Positions 1 to 7,918 of a stretch of 32,000 nt of DNA are shown here, piece by piece. Both the position numbers and the translations under genes were made by a program. The stretch is from an uncultured archaeon. Lineage in GTDB: Archaea; Asgardarchaeota; Thorarchaeia; Thorarchaeales; CAZPUN01. Every line of letters begins with the position of its first letter. The stretch's first letter is position 1. The DNA lies in contig CAZPUN010000017.1 in the NCBI GenBank assembly GCA_964589775.1, positions 60,001 to 92,000 of the forward strand, in the 5' to 3' direction. Under the pieces are notes generated by a model. The model made no database searches. It saw only the letters and a list, made by a program, of their open reading frames with translations, and was not told the DNA's origin.

Positions 1-61
1 CGCGACGAACACCAACGCCAAGGACTTCAGCAGCTAATCTTTTTTGTACATCCAACTTCAA
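1..61 (-). CDS. rpl19e: 50S ribosomal protein L19e, N-terminal part (runs off the window edge)
   Basis: Not in the ORF track. Manual translation from TTG at 61: MKLDVQKRLAAEVLGVGVRR. GGAGG SD at 70-74. Canonical position after L32e. Confidence 0.9.
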   Translation of the reverse strand, partial: MKLDVQKRLAAEVLGVGVRR

Positions 62-76
62 TTATAATTCCTCCAA

Positions 77-478
77 TTAGAGTTCTTCGCTTTCTTCAAT
101 TAGTTCGCCGGGATTTACAATACGAATCATTAATGATTCTGCACGATCAATAATTTCCATACGCTTCTTACGACCAACAGAGGAGGCAATACGCGCTACA
201 TCACGGTCGGCATCTAATTTTTCTAGATCCTTAACATTGTAAACTATATGCTCCCGCAATCCAGATGGATGAAGATATCTAACTGCACGAGGATTTCTAT
301 AACCAACGCCGGGTTGCTTCTTATAACCGGCGCGCTTCATTCGAACCTTATTATCAATACCTCGTGGTTTTCTCCAGCTAGACTTTACACGGACTAAGCG
401 GTCGCTTTCATGTCTGATGAATTTAGGACGCTTCTTTGCAATTTTCTTACGCAACTTAAATAATCGTTTTTCAGTCAT
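77..478 (-). CDS. rpl32e: 50S ribosomal protein L32e
   Basis: KKRPKFIRHES...WRKPRGIDNKVR...GYRNP...LHPSG motifs; spc operon position. Confidence 0.97.
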   Translation of the reverse strand: MTEKRLFKLRKKIAKKRPKFIRHESDRLVRVKSSWRKPRGIDNKVRMKRAGYKKQPGVGYRNPRAVRYLHPSGLREHIVYNVKDLEKLDADRDVARIASSVGRKKRMEIIDRAESLMIRIVNPGELIEESEEL

Positions 479-487
479 TTTAATCCC

Positions 488-1054
488 TCAATGAACTATT
501 CTTTTCACATGATCTCCATGGCGTTTCTCATAAACATAAATACCATCCATGAAGGTTCTAACATCTTTCTTGCGGATTTTTGTTGCTTGTTGAATATTTG
601 CAGCTGTTTGACCGACTTCCTCGATGTTAATTCCTTTTACGATGATATCATCATCTTTCACGATTACTTCTGTATCACCAACTGCTTTAGCCCGCCTAAC
701 ATCGCGCTCACCAATTAGATTTTCAATTATGATATCGCGTCCTTGAACCTTAACAGTCATTGGAAAGTGGGAATATACAATCTTTAATTTATATTCGTAT
801 CCCTTTGTAACACCAATAATCATGTTTCTAATGTGAGCTGCAGTTGTACCAATTAGTGCTTTTTCAAATGCGCGGGCATTTCGAACAGATAATTTCACAA
901 CATTATCCTCTAACTTAATATCTACAGGGGTAATCCCAAAGTCACGCTTTAATGTTCCGAGGGGACCCGATACGGTTATAGATTTTCCCTCGACATTTAC
1001 GGTGACATCGGAAGGGATTTTTACTTCCTGTTCAATAAGGGGTACTTTAGGCAT
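488..1054 (-). CDS. rpl6: 50S ribosomal protein L6 (uL6)
   Basis: GPLGTL, GVTKGYEYKLKIVYSHFP, KDVRTFMDGIY. Start moved to ATG 1054 (MPKVP), which has a GGAG SD. Confidence 0.96.
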   Translation of the reverse strand: MPKVPLIEQEVKIPSDVTVNVEGKSITVSGPLGTLKRDFGITPVDIKLEDNVVKLSVRNARAFEKALIGTTAAHIRNMIIGVTKGYEYKLKIVYSHFPMTVKVQGRDIIIENLIGERDVRRAKAVGDTEVIVKDDDIIVKGINIEEVGQTAANIQQATKIRKKDVRTFMDGIYVYEKRHGDHVKRIVH

Positions 1055-1067
1055 TCTTATTTTCCTC

Positions 1068-1460
1068 CTAGTACACATATGCGATTAATTTTCCACCGGT
1101 TCTCTGTGCTCGTGCCTCTTTGTGCGTCATAATTCCAGAGGGTGTGCTTACGATGAGAAGACCAAAGTTGTATGCAGGCAAGAACCGCTTTTCATATTCT
1201 TCAAATTGATTGTATTTAACGGCATACCTTGGCTTAATGACACCACAACTGTTTATTCTACCCATAAGCTGAACTCTAAATCTACCTGCACGACCATCAT
1301 CGATGAACTCAAATTCACCAATATATCCTTCTTTCTGAAGAACACTAAGTACGTTAGCAATTAATTTCGAAGCGGGTTTGACAATTACCTCAGTATGACC
1401 AACTTTTTCGTTATTTAGTATAGTTGTTAAAGCATCTGCTAATGGATCCAACAAAGTCAT
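1068..1460 (-). CDS. rps8: 30S ribosomal protein S8 (uS8)
   Basis: [51 protein letters not shown]. Confidence 0.98.
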   Translation of the reverse strand: MTLLDPLADALTTILNNEKVGHTEVIVKPASKLIANVLSVLQKEGYIGEFEFIDDGRAGRFRVQLMGRINSCGVIKPRYAVKYNQFEEYEKRFLPAYNFGLLIVSTPSGIMTHKEARAQRTGGKLIAYVY

Positions 1461-1470
1461 TATTTACACC

Positions 1471-1623
1471 TCATTTTAACTTCTTAAATCCAAGTTCACC
1501 AGCTACCTCTCTGAGGCATCGTCGGCAAATCATTAGTCCATATGAGCGTATTACTGCACGATGAGTACCACATCTGATACAAACCCGGCTTCCCTTTCCA
1601 AATTTTTTCTTAATAGTAGCCAT
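1471..1623 (-). CDS. rps14: 30S ribosomal protein S14 (uS14, Zn-binding), 50 aa
   Basis: Not in the ORF track. Manual translation: [50 protein letters not shown] (CxxC...CxxC). Lies between L5 and S8. Confidence 0.96.
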   Translation of the reverse strand: MATIKKKFGKGSRVCIRCGTHRAVIRSYGLMICRRCLREVAGELGFKKLK

Positions 1624-2188
1624 ATTGATATTCCTCCTCTTTTTCTGCGATTTTAATGCCGAATTCTTCTTGCAAGAATGCCATACTTTCTTCCGGCGTC
1701 AATCTGTGACGCTTTGGAATGCGTCTTCTAGCAATATGTCTTCGTTTAATTCTAAATCCAGGACGAATAATGTTAACTGTAATATTCATACCAAATATAC
1801 CAATATTGGGATCATACTTCACACCAGGTATATCGATGTGCTCTTTTATCCCAAATGCAACATTACCTTCACGATCAAATTGCTTTTTCAGTAATGTATT
1901 GTTTTTGACCTGAAGTACTCTCTTTAGAAAGTCGATAGCAGCCTGTCTACGTAATGTTACACGAACAGCTATTGGTTCTCGTTTTCGAATACCAAACTCA
2001 CGAATTGTTTGTTTTGCTCTTGACTCTACAGGCTTTTGACCAGTTAGCGATTCTAATAATTGGGAAGCCTTTACAAGAGGTTCACCACTTTTTCCGGTAC
2101 ATATATCGACTACGACTTTTTCAATTCGGGGTTTTCTCATGGGATGCTTTTCCCAATCTTCCAAATATCGCTTTGCATCAACAGACAT
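1610..2188 (-). CDS. rpl5: 50S ribosomal protein L5 (uL5)
   Basis: [57 protein letters not shown]. Confidence 0.98.
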   Translation of the reverse strand: MSVDAKRYLEDWEKHPMRKPRIEKVVVDICTGKSGEPLVKASQLLESLTGQKPVESRAKQTIREFGIRKREPIAVRVTLRRQAAIDFLKRVLQVKNNTLLKKQFDREGNVAFGIKEHIDIPGVKYDPNIGIFGMNITVNIIRPGFRIKRRHIARRRIPKRHRLTPEESMAFLQEEFGIKIAEKEEEYQYGYY

Positions 2189-2203
2189 TTTTGTCAGCTC
2201 CTA

Positions 2204-2953
2204 TTACTCCAATGTAATTATAGGCGACTCTTTTCCAATTACAAACACGTAGTCGAGTGCCGTTTGGAATAATTCACCAGATTCACTTTGTAAAGTTGCA
2301 ACACTTGCATGAGGACCGAATCGAATTTCATATTCTACAAGTTTGCCGGTTTTACCAACGTTTTTACCTGCAAATACAAAGGCTAAAGAACCAATCTCGA
2401 ATTTAACAAAGTCCAGAATATTTTGCTCAGGAACTTGTATTTTTACGACATCCTTAGTACGTAGTGTTTTCAAGTCAGGATTTTCTTCGAGCCGCTCTTT
2501 AGTAAGTAAGATATTACGTCCATCATGCAGATTGAGTTGAATAAGACCGCCTTTAGTCATAGTCTTATTGACAATACGGCATAGTTTGATTTTACTTTCT
2601 TCTGAACTTATCTTCACAAGTTTAAATCCACTACCACTTTTGGGGATCATACGATAGAATTCGCCCGATGGAACAAATTCAATTGTATCCATTAACCCCA
2701 CTGGAAAGTGTGGATCTCGACGAATTTTACCATCAATTTTAACTTTATCTTCACGGAGTATTTGCTTTACCTCACGCATTGTTCTTGCATAACCTAGGAG
2801 GTCACGAACAATTAATGCCAGAGGTAAGCTTTGTTCAATACTGTGAGGTCCAGGATGTGTTTTCGCAATCCATTTCGTAACTTTTCTTTTAATTTGCCAA
2901 TTTCTAGGGGATGCAACACGTTTTATTTGTCTAGTCATACCTTTTCGTGCCAT
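2204..2953 (-). CDS. rps4e: 30S ribosomal protein S4e
   Basis: PGPHS, LPLALIVRDLLGYA, FPVGLMD, QLNLHDGRNIL, DYVFVIG. Confidence 0.98.
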   Translation of the reverse strand: MARKGMTRQIKRVASPRNWQIKRKVTKWIAKTHPGPHSIEQSLPLALIVRDLLGYARTMREVKQILREDKVKIDGKIRRDPHFPVGLMDTIEFVPSGEFYRMIPKSGSGFKLVKISSEESKIKLCRIVNKTMTKGGLIQLNLHDGRNILLTKERLEENPDLKTLRTKDVVKIQVPEQNILDFVKFEIGSLAFVFAGKNVGKTGKLVEYEIRFGPHASVATLQSESGELFQTALDYVFVIGKESPIITLE

Positions 2954-2965
2954 TTTTCAGTCCTC

Positions 2966-3340
2966 CTAGGCCAGTTTACCCTTTTTTTCGAGAGCTTGTT
3001 TTCTGCTCTTTGTCATATTCAAAGACATTATCATCAAATTAGACGGGGATATCGGAGCTTGTGCCTCACTACCGTCTCGCTTTGTTCGTACAATTCCTTC
3101 AACATATACACGAAGTTTACGGTAGTCTACTTCGGTAACTTTTCCTTCTGCACCTTTAAAATCGCCACTAAGAATTTTCACAGTATCTCCAACATGAACT
3201 AACATAGACCTCGTATGATATTCCTCACGAAGGTCAGGATGAAGATGTACTCTCATGAATCGCTTTCTAATATGATTAGGAGCATTCCTAAGATACGATC
3301 TTTGTTTTCGTGGCTTGCTTGATTTTGTCTTGGGATTCAT
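2966..3340 (-). CDS. rpl24: 50S ribosomal protein L24 (uL24)
   Basis: SSKPRKQR, KOW motif GDTVKILSGDFKG, PSNLMI. Start set at ATG 3340 because the track's GTG lies inside the GAGGTGA SD. Confidence 0.96.
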   Translation of the reverse strand: MNPKTKSSKPRKQRSYLRNAPNHIRKRFMRVHLHPDLREEYHTRSMLVHVGDTVKILSGDFKGAEGKVTEVDYRKLRVYVEGIVRTKRDGSEAQAPISPSNLMIMSLNMTKSRKQALEKKGKLA

Positions 3341-3350
3341 TAAATTCACC

Positions 3351-3773
3351 TCAAATCACTACACTAGCAAGAGCAGATAATCTAGGCCATCTTCGTGTAA
3401 CTTCACGAGCTATTGGACCTCTAATTTCAGTCCCTTGAGGATCCCCACTGGGTTTAATAATAGCAACAGCATTATCCTCAAATTGTATCCAAGTGCCATC
3501 AGGGCGTCGATAAGGCTTTCTTTGCCTTACAACTACAGCTTGCAAGACTTGGCGACGCATGTCTAATGTGCCTTTCTTAACAGATACAGTGACAGAATCA
3601 CCAACACCTGCTTTTGCATATCTGTTTAATCTACCTTTGTAACCATAAACAGCAATAATCTCAACTATTTTTGCTCCGGAATTATCCGCACAGATGGCGC
3701 GAGAGCCAACTGTAAGCCCCTTTGAAATATTCGGGACAAATTTCACAATTCCTCTTGTTAATTTACGTGACAT
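3351..3773 (-). CDS. rpl14: 50S ribosomal protein L14 (uL14)
   Basis: CADNSGAK, AVVVRQRKPYRRPDG, FEDNAVAII, GPIARE. Confidence 0.98.
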   Translation of the reverse strand: MSRKLTRGIVKFVPNISKGLTVGSRAICADNSGAKIVEIIAVYGYKGRLNRYAKAGVGDSVTVSVKKGTLDMRRQVLQAVVVRQRKPYRRPDGTWIQFEDNAVAIIKPSGDPQGTEIRGPIAREVTRRWPRLSALASVVI

Positions 3774-3785
3774 TCATAGCCCTCC

Positions 3786-4115
3786 TTATTGCTTACTAAG
3801 ATTTTCCACGACTACGAAAGACACTGTCTTACTTAATGGTCGACATTCTGCAATTTTCACTTTATCCCCTTCCTTCACTTCAATACACGGCGGAAGGTGT
3901 GCATGGAATTTTGCCTGACGACGCTCATAACGATCATATGTCTTTACATAGTATGAATAGTCTCTACGAACAACTACGGTTCTATACATTTTTGTACTTA
4001 CAACAACACCTTCATGAATTTGTCCTCTAACGGATAAATGACCGTGAAATGGACAATATTCATCATCACAGGTGTTTTCAGGGGGCTTTACATCAATTCC
4101 TATATTTCTCACCAT
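3786..4115 (-). CDS. rps17: 30S ribosomal protein S17 (uS17)
   Basis: [32 protein letters not shown]. Likely start ATG 4115. Confidence 0.97.
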   Translation of the reverse strand: MVRNIGIDVKPPENTCDDEYCPFHGHLSVRGQIHEGVVVSTKMYRTVVVRRDYSYYVKTYDRYERRQAKFHAHLPPCIEVKEGDKVKIAECRPLSKTVSFVVVENLSKQ

Positions 4116-4420
4116 ATTTTCCAAATCCCCTTAGGCGTTTTCTTTAGACGATTTTCAGGACGTTCTACAAGATTTTTTCCAATTATTCTTATTTTTGAAC
4201 CATCTGGTAGTGTTATTTTAAACACACAGATTTGTTTTGGAATTTTCATAATTCTTTCATTTTTCATTATTGCAATCATGTTCCTTGATTCGTCGATTAT
4301 AGTACCGCGAATGCCCACTAATGTAGGATCTCGCGATTCCTCTACAGTGAGCTCAAGACCAATGAGTTCATGATGAATCAAATTTTTAGGACGAATCAAG
4401 GCAACCACATCATTACTCAT
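4109..4420 (-). CDS. rnp1: RNase P protein component 1 (Rpp29/POP4)
   Basis: [38 protein letters not shown]; canonical position between L29 and S17. Start is 4420 or 4429. Confidence 0.95.
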   Translation of the reverse strand: MSNDVVALIRPKNLIHHELIGLELTVEESRDPTLVGIRGTIIDESRNMIAIMKNERIMKIPKQICVFKITLPDGSKIRIIGKNLVERPENRLKKTPKGIWKIW

Positions 4421-4613
4421 TATTTTCATGCATAATTGTTAAGAGACGTGCGATAGATCTCTTAATATTTCGAATTTGGTAGGGATTTTCACTTCCCCCA
4501 CCAGTAGAGACTTGTATTCTCGTTCTTGCCAATTCAGCGTATAATTCAGTCAATTTTTTCTTACGCTCAGCAGGAGTCATTTTCCGAATGTCTTTTGGCT
4601 TTAATACACCCAT
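4413..4613 (-). CDS. rpl29: 50S ribosomal protein L29 (uL29)
   Basis: DIRKM...KKLTELYAEL...ENPYQIRNIKRSIARLLT. Likely start ATG 4613. Confidence 0.95.
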   Translation of the reverse strand: MGVLKPKDIRKMTPAERKKKLTELYAELARTRIQVSTGGGSENPYQIRNIKRSIARLLTIMHENNE

Positions 4614-4618
4614 ATATC

Positions 4619-5440
4619 TCACTCACCTTTAGACTCGTTGGACTCTTGAGATTCTGTAGCCTCATCTATTGCCTCATCAAGACTTTCAAGTTCTTCAAGC
4701 TCTTCAAGATCTCCGATTTCTTCAAGCTCTTTCTCAGTCAGGGAAATATCTTCTTCGAAAGTTTCCTCTTCTTGTTCAGAAACTTCTTCAACTTGAGATT
4801 CTTCCTGAGGCTTTACAAGCTGTGGCTTCTTAACTTGTCGATCCTTTGGAGGCTTGATTATAATCTTATCAGGCAGACGGGCTTTTGGCAACATGATTTT
4901 TACTGTTACACCAATTGTTCCTGCTTTTAATACTGCATAATCATGAGCTATTGTAACATATTTTACAGCAGGTTCACCAGATTTTCCAATAGTACCTTCA
5001 CGGAACTTCTGGTATCTTGCACGAGCACTGGATATTTTTCCTTTTACAATGATCTCACACCCCAGTGCACCTGCACGCATTACTTTTTTCAGAATCCAAT
5101 ATGCAGTCTTTCTAAATCGAATACCACGTTCTAATTGTCTTGCCAATCGTGAAGCCATAACTTGTGCATCTAGCCATGGATTCTCTACTTCAGAAACTTC
5201 AACTTGGGGATTTTCAATACCAAATCGCTTTTCTAAGACATCGGTAATTTCACGAATCTTACTACCACGACGCCCAATTACAACACCAGGTCTAGATGCA
5301 CGGATAGTAACTATTGTACGAGTGGGTGTTTTTCTAATATCCACTTTCGAATATCCGGCTGCGTTTAATTCTTTTCTTAGATACTCATCTACAGCCATTT
5401 TACGAGTATTAAGAGTTACAAAGTTTTTTATGGCGGACAT
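4619..5440 (-). CDS. rps3: 30S ribosomal protein S3 (uS3) with long acidic C-terminal tail
   Basis: KH motif RPGVVIGRRG, GALGCEIIVKGKI, GTIGVTVKIM; Glu-rich tail of about 60 aa. Confidence 0.98.
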   Translation of the reverse strand: MSAIKNFVTLNTRKMAVDEYLRKELNAAGYSKVDIRKTPTRTIVTIRASRPGVVIGRRGSKIREITDVLEKRFGIENPQVEVSEVENPWLDAQVMASRLARQLERGIRFRKTAYWILKKVMRAGALGCEIIVKGKISSARARYQKFREGTIGKSGEPAVKYVTIAHDYAVLKAGTIGVTVKIMLPKARLPDKIIIKPPKDRQVKKPQLVKPQEESQVEEVSEQEEETFEEDISLTEKELEEIGDLEELEELESLDEAIDEATESQESNESKGE

Positions 5441-5443
5441 TGA

Positions 5444-5905
5444 TTAAATCTCCTCTACAGCAATTTCAACATGTGTTAGATAGTTATAATATGGAGATGA
5501 TCGGCCAAAAGCACGTGGAATATTCTTTTTAATAACACGTGCACGATGTGCAGCAGCATGAATTATTTTCAATCGGTCAATATCAAGGCCTTTATTATCG
5601 GCATTAGCCTCTACATTCTTTAAGACTTTTAAGATAGCCTTTGATGCTCTAACTGGATAACCTCCAGTATGCCATTTTTTAAGCCCTGCATGATGACCTC
5701 GCTTCTTATGATGACGCTTATAGGGAACCATAGCGTTCATCGCGATTACTTCTTCGAGATAATCAACTGCCTTATCAAACATCATACCTTTGATAGTATT
5801 GCAAATCTCTCTTGCCCACTTGGGCGATATATTTAGATCCCGACCACTTGCGATTGCTGTCTTGTCAGGATCAAGACCAATTATGGAATATTTCATATGC
5901 GGCAT
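5444..5905 (-). CDS. rpl22: 50S ribosomal protein L22 (uL22)
   Basis: ISPKWAREIC, GGYPVRAS, NVEANADNKGLD, PRAFGRSSP, THVEIAVEE. Confidence 0.97.
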   Translation of the reverse strand: MPHMKYSIIGLDPDKTAIASGRDLNISPKWAREICNTIKGMMFDKAVDYLEEVIAMNAMVPYKRHHKKRGHHAGLKKWHTGGYPVRASKAILKVLKNVEANADNKGLDIDRLKIIHAAAHRARVIKKNIPRAFGRSSPYYNYLTHVEIAVEEI

Positions 5906-6100
5906 CTAAATTCCTCACTTCGATTTTACTGCTTATCCACAATTTTGAGATTATTGTAGATGCATACGCAAGAGGTCAAGCACGCTGAGCTAACCGCCCC
6001 ATTTAGCTTGGCCATGGATTTTAATGCGCGAGCTTAGAATGATTCAAACCATTTAGCCAAACTAAAATTTTGGAACGGCAGCAATTATATTTTTGACCAT
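5906..6100 (-). ncRNA. Putative structured cis-regulatory 5' leader RNA of the rpl22 operon
   Basis: Nested helices found by eye on the minus strand: 6098-6093/5979-5974, 6082-6072/6000-5989 and 6066-6054/6014-6002, plus a separate hairpin at 5964-5930. Several G-U pairs form only on the minus strand. Confidence 0.6.
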
Positions 6101-6120
6101 GGAACAATCAAAAGCTAGAA

Positions 6121-6134
6121 TATATAAGGATTTC
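6121..6134 (-). promoter_or_regulatory. Archaeal BRE/TATA promoter for the rpl22 operon
   Basis: Minus strand GAAATC-CTTATATA. Standard spacing predicts a transcription start near 6098-6100. Confidence 0.65.
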
Positions 6135-6150
6135 TTTAAATACACAAAAA

Positions 6151-6537
6151 TTAAGGCACATGACCAAACTCATCCATAAAGGATTTGAATGCATTTGACA
6201 TATACTTCTCAATTAAATTTACACCTTTCTGAGTAAGAACAACCTTAGCAAAAATTGGACCTATTGAAATAATATGTAAATACTTTTTGTTTGCCAAACT
6301 TTTAAGGATCCTTATAACAATATCCGTAAACTCTTGCTCAGAAACTTTTAAAAACCCTGAAGCATCTTGAAATTCTTTTGTACGTCGTAATATATCTTTA
6401 ATTGATGCAAGATAGCGAATATTTGTAGAATACGGATTTGAATAAAGCCATAACAATACAATTAATTCGCTAACTATTAAATTAATTTGTGGATATTTCT
6501 CAAGAGTCTTGCGGGCAACTAATTCTACAGCAGGCAT
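6151..6537 (-). CDS. Hypothetical winged-helix protein
   Basis: C-terminal helix-wing pattern ILKSLANKKYLHI...KVVLTQKG (MarR/PadR-like wing). Start ATG 6537 has a GGGG SD. Confidence 0.6.
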   Translation of the reverse strand: MPAVELVARKTLEKYPQINLIVSELIVLLWLYSNPYSTNIRYLASIKDILRRTKEFQDASGFLKVSEQEFTDIVIRILKSLANKKYLHIISIGPIFAKVVLTQKGVNLIEKYMSNAFKSFMDEFGHVP

Positions 6538-6551
6538 AATACATCCCCAGA

Positions 6552-7286
6552 TCACACCAAAGATATCCAATTCACTCTAGGTTCATATAGAACCCCAGAA
6601 GCAATTAAACCATTTATTACCTTTTGAATTTCTTCATCAGAATATCCATATTTATTGAACTCTAATATAAGTTCAGATGTTTTAATAGGCATATTATGTG
6701 CTTCTAGAAATTCAATAATTGCACGTTCTAAGGATTTCATAGATTTTTTAGATTTTACGGGCGTAGTCTCCTTGATTCCAGGAATTTCAGATTCGGAAAC
6801 TAATTGAATTTCCCATGGCTTGGGAAAAATAATAATTCCATCTTGAGATAACTTTTCTAAAGAATCGGTAACCCATTGCCAGTCTAATTTATATTTTTCA
6901 GCAAGTGCTCTAAACTTATCAAGTGTAATAGGATTCTTAGCAAATTGCACTAAAAGTGAGAATAATGTCCGAGATTTGCCACCGGAAATATAAGTTACTT
7001 TATCATCGCTAATACTTTCAGTTTCTTGCATGTCTAAATATTCATATAATTTAACAATGCTTTCACGACTTGCCTCAACAGCCATTATGAATTCGTCACT
7101 ATTCTTTTTTGCATTATATTGTTTTACTAATTTGGAAGCTTCTTCTATGGACTCTACAAGCTGAGATTCTGCGGGATTTATTTTTATAATATGATTACAA
7201 TATGTACAACGCCTTGTCTTTTGTCTTACTGGAGCGTAAAGAAAAGCGCCACATTTCGGGCATTTAAATACTAAAAACTTTTGCAT
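6552..7286 (-). CDS. DUF1922-like Zn-ribbon protein with two C-terminal winged-helix repeats
   Basis: CPKCG...QKTRRCTYC at the N-terminus. Repeats end LEKLSQDGIIIFPKPWEIQLV and INGLIASGVLYEPRVNWISLV. Start ATG 7286 has a GAGG SD (alternative start 7307). Confidence 0.75.
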   Translation of the reverse strand: MQKFLVFKCPKCGAFLYAPVRQKTRRCTYCNHIIKINPAESQLVESIEEASKLVKQYNAKKNSDEFIMAVEASRESIVKLYEYLDMQETESISDDKVTYISGGKSRTLFSLLVQFAKNPITLDKFRALAEKYKLDWQWVTDSLEKLSQDGIIIFPKPWEIQLVSESEIPGIKETTPVKSKKSMKSLERAIIEFLEAHNMPIKTSELILEFNKYGYSDEEIQKVINGLIASGVLYEPRVNWISLV

Positions 7287-7303
7287 TTTGAGATTCCTCG
7301 ATA

Positions 7304-7912
7304 TCATAATTCAATTAATTTTTCATTTAAACGCTTTTTAAGGCATCGTTCTATAAATTGATAGAGATCCGTTTGAAGGGATGAAGGAATTATACTAAGT
7401 TTATTAGTTAATTCATCAACAATTTCATCAGCAATAATTGATGTCGAACGGGATTTTAAGGGCTCTAAGGCATTTTGAATCTTACTTATAGAGATATTAT
7501 ATGAAATACGAGTATTAATAATACAATAAGAAACATCATCAGGCGGAATGAAGTAAGGAAAATGTTGTAGATCATGCAATACAATAATATTAAGTGATTC
7601 ACAAATTGTTTTGACATACCAATCAAAAGAAGACTCTTTTACATTAAAGCGAGATATAAATTCGATTTTTGTAAATGGATTAGGATATGTCCAAGGATGC
7701 CTAGAAATAATATATAATATCGATGCATAAAAAGGATATGGCTCCCGAGGTTCTGTTGCTATGAGATAATACGCACGGATTAGATTCAATGCAGGCTCAA
7801 TATATTTATCATCAACACTATTTTTTTCATAAAATTCTTTTGCTTCTTTTAATACATTAACAAGATATGCATCATCAAATGGGGGACTCTTATGAGCATG
7901 CACTTTTTTCAA
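7304..7912 (-). CDS. Hypothetical protein, possible TFIIB/cyclin-fold repeat
   Basis: YASILYIISRH...PFTKIEFISRFNVKESSFDWYVKTICESLNI resembles the TFB repeat AAALYIA...RTQREVA..AGV.E.TVR.RYKEL...L. TTG start. Confidence 0.5.
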   Translation of the reverse strand: MKKVHAHKSPPFDDAYLVNVLKEAKEFYEKNSVDDKYIEPALNLIRAYYLIATEPREPYPFYASILYIISRHPWTYPNPFTKIEFISRFNVKESSFDWYVKTICESLNIIVLHDLQHFPYFIPPDDVSYCIINTRISYNISISKIQNALEPLKSRSTSIIADEIVDELTNKLSIIPSSLQTDLYQFIERCLKKRLNEKLIEL

Positions 7913-7918
7913 ATCCCT

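Noticed and set aside
491-5447. Plus-strand ORFs antisense to ribosomal protein genes (e.g. 2831-3202, 4526-4930, 5049-5447)
   Set aside because: Shadow ORFs of conserved minus-strand genes, with no recognisable motifs.
5984-5999. GGGCGGTTAGCTCAGC (minus strand) resembles a tRNA 5' end, with a T-loop-like GGTTTGAATC upstream (possible split or permuted tRNA)
   Set aside because: No D-loop GG, anticodon arm or complementary acceptor 3' strand. The bases are better explained as the 3' strand of leader helix P2.
1-6000. Visibly higher GC in the ribosomal operon than in the rest of the window, as a sign of horizontal transfer
   Set aside because: These are core vertically inherited genes; codon and amino-acid bias of highly expressed genes explains it.
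5974-6098. H/ACA or C/D guide RNA interpretation of the long hairpin
   Set aside because: No ACA after the basal stem, and no clear C (RUGAUGA) or D (CUGA) boxes or K-turn seen.
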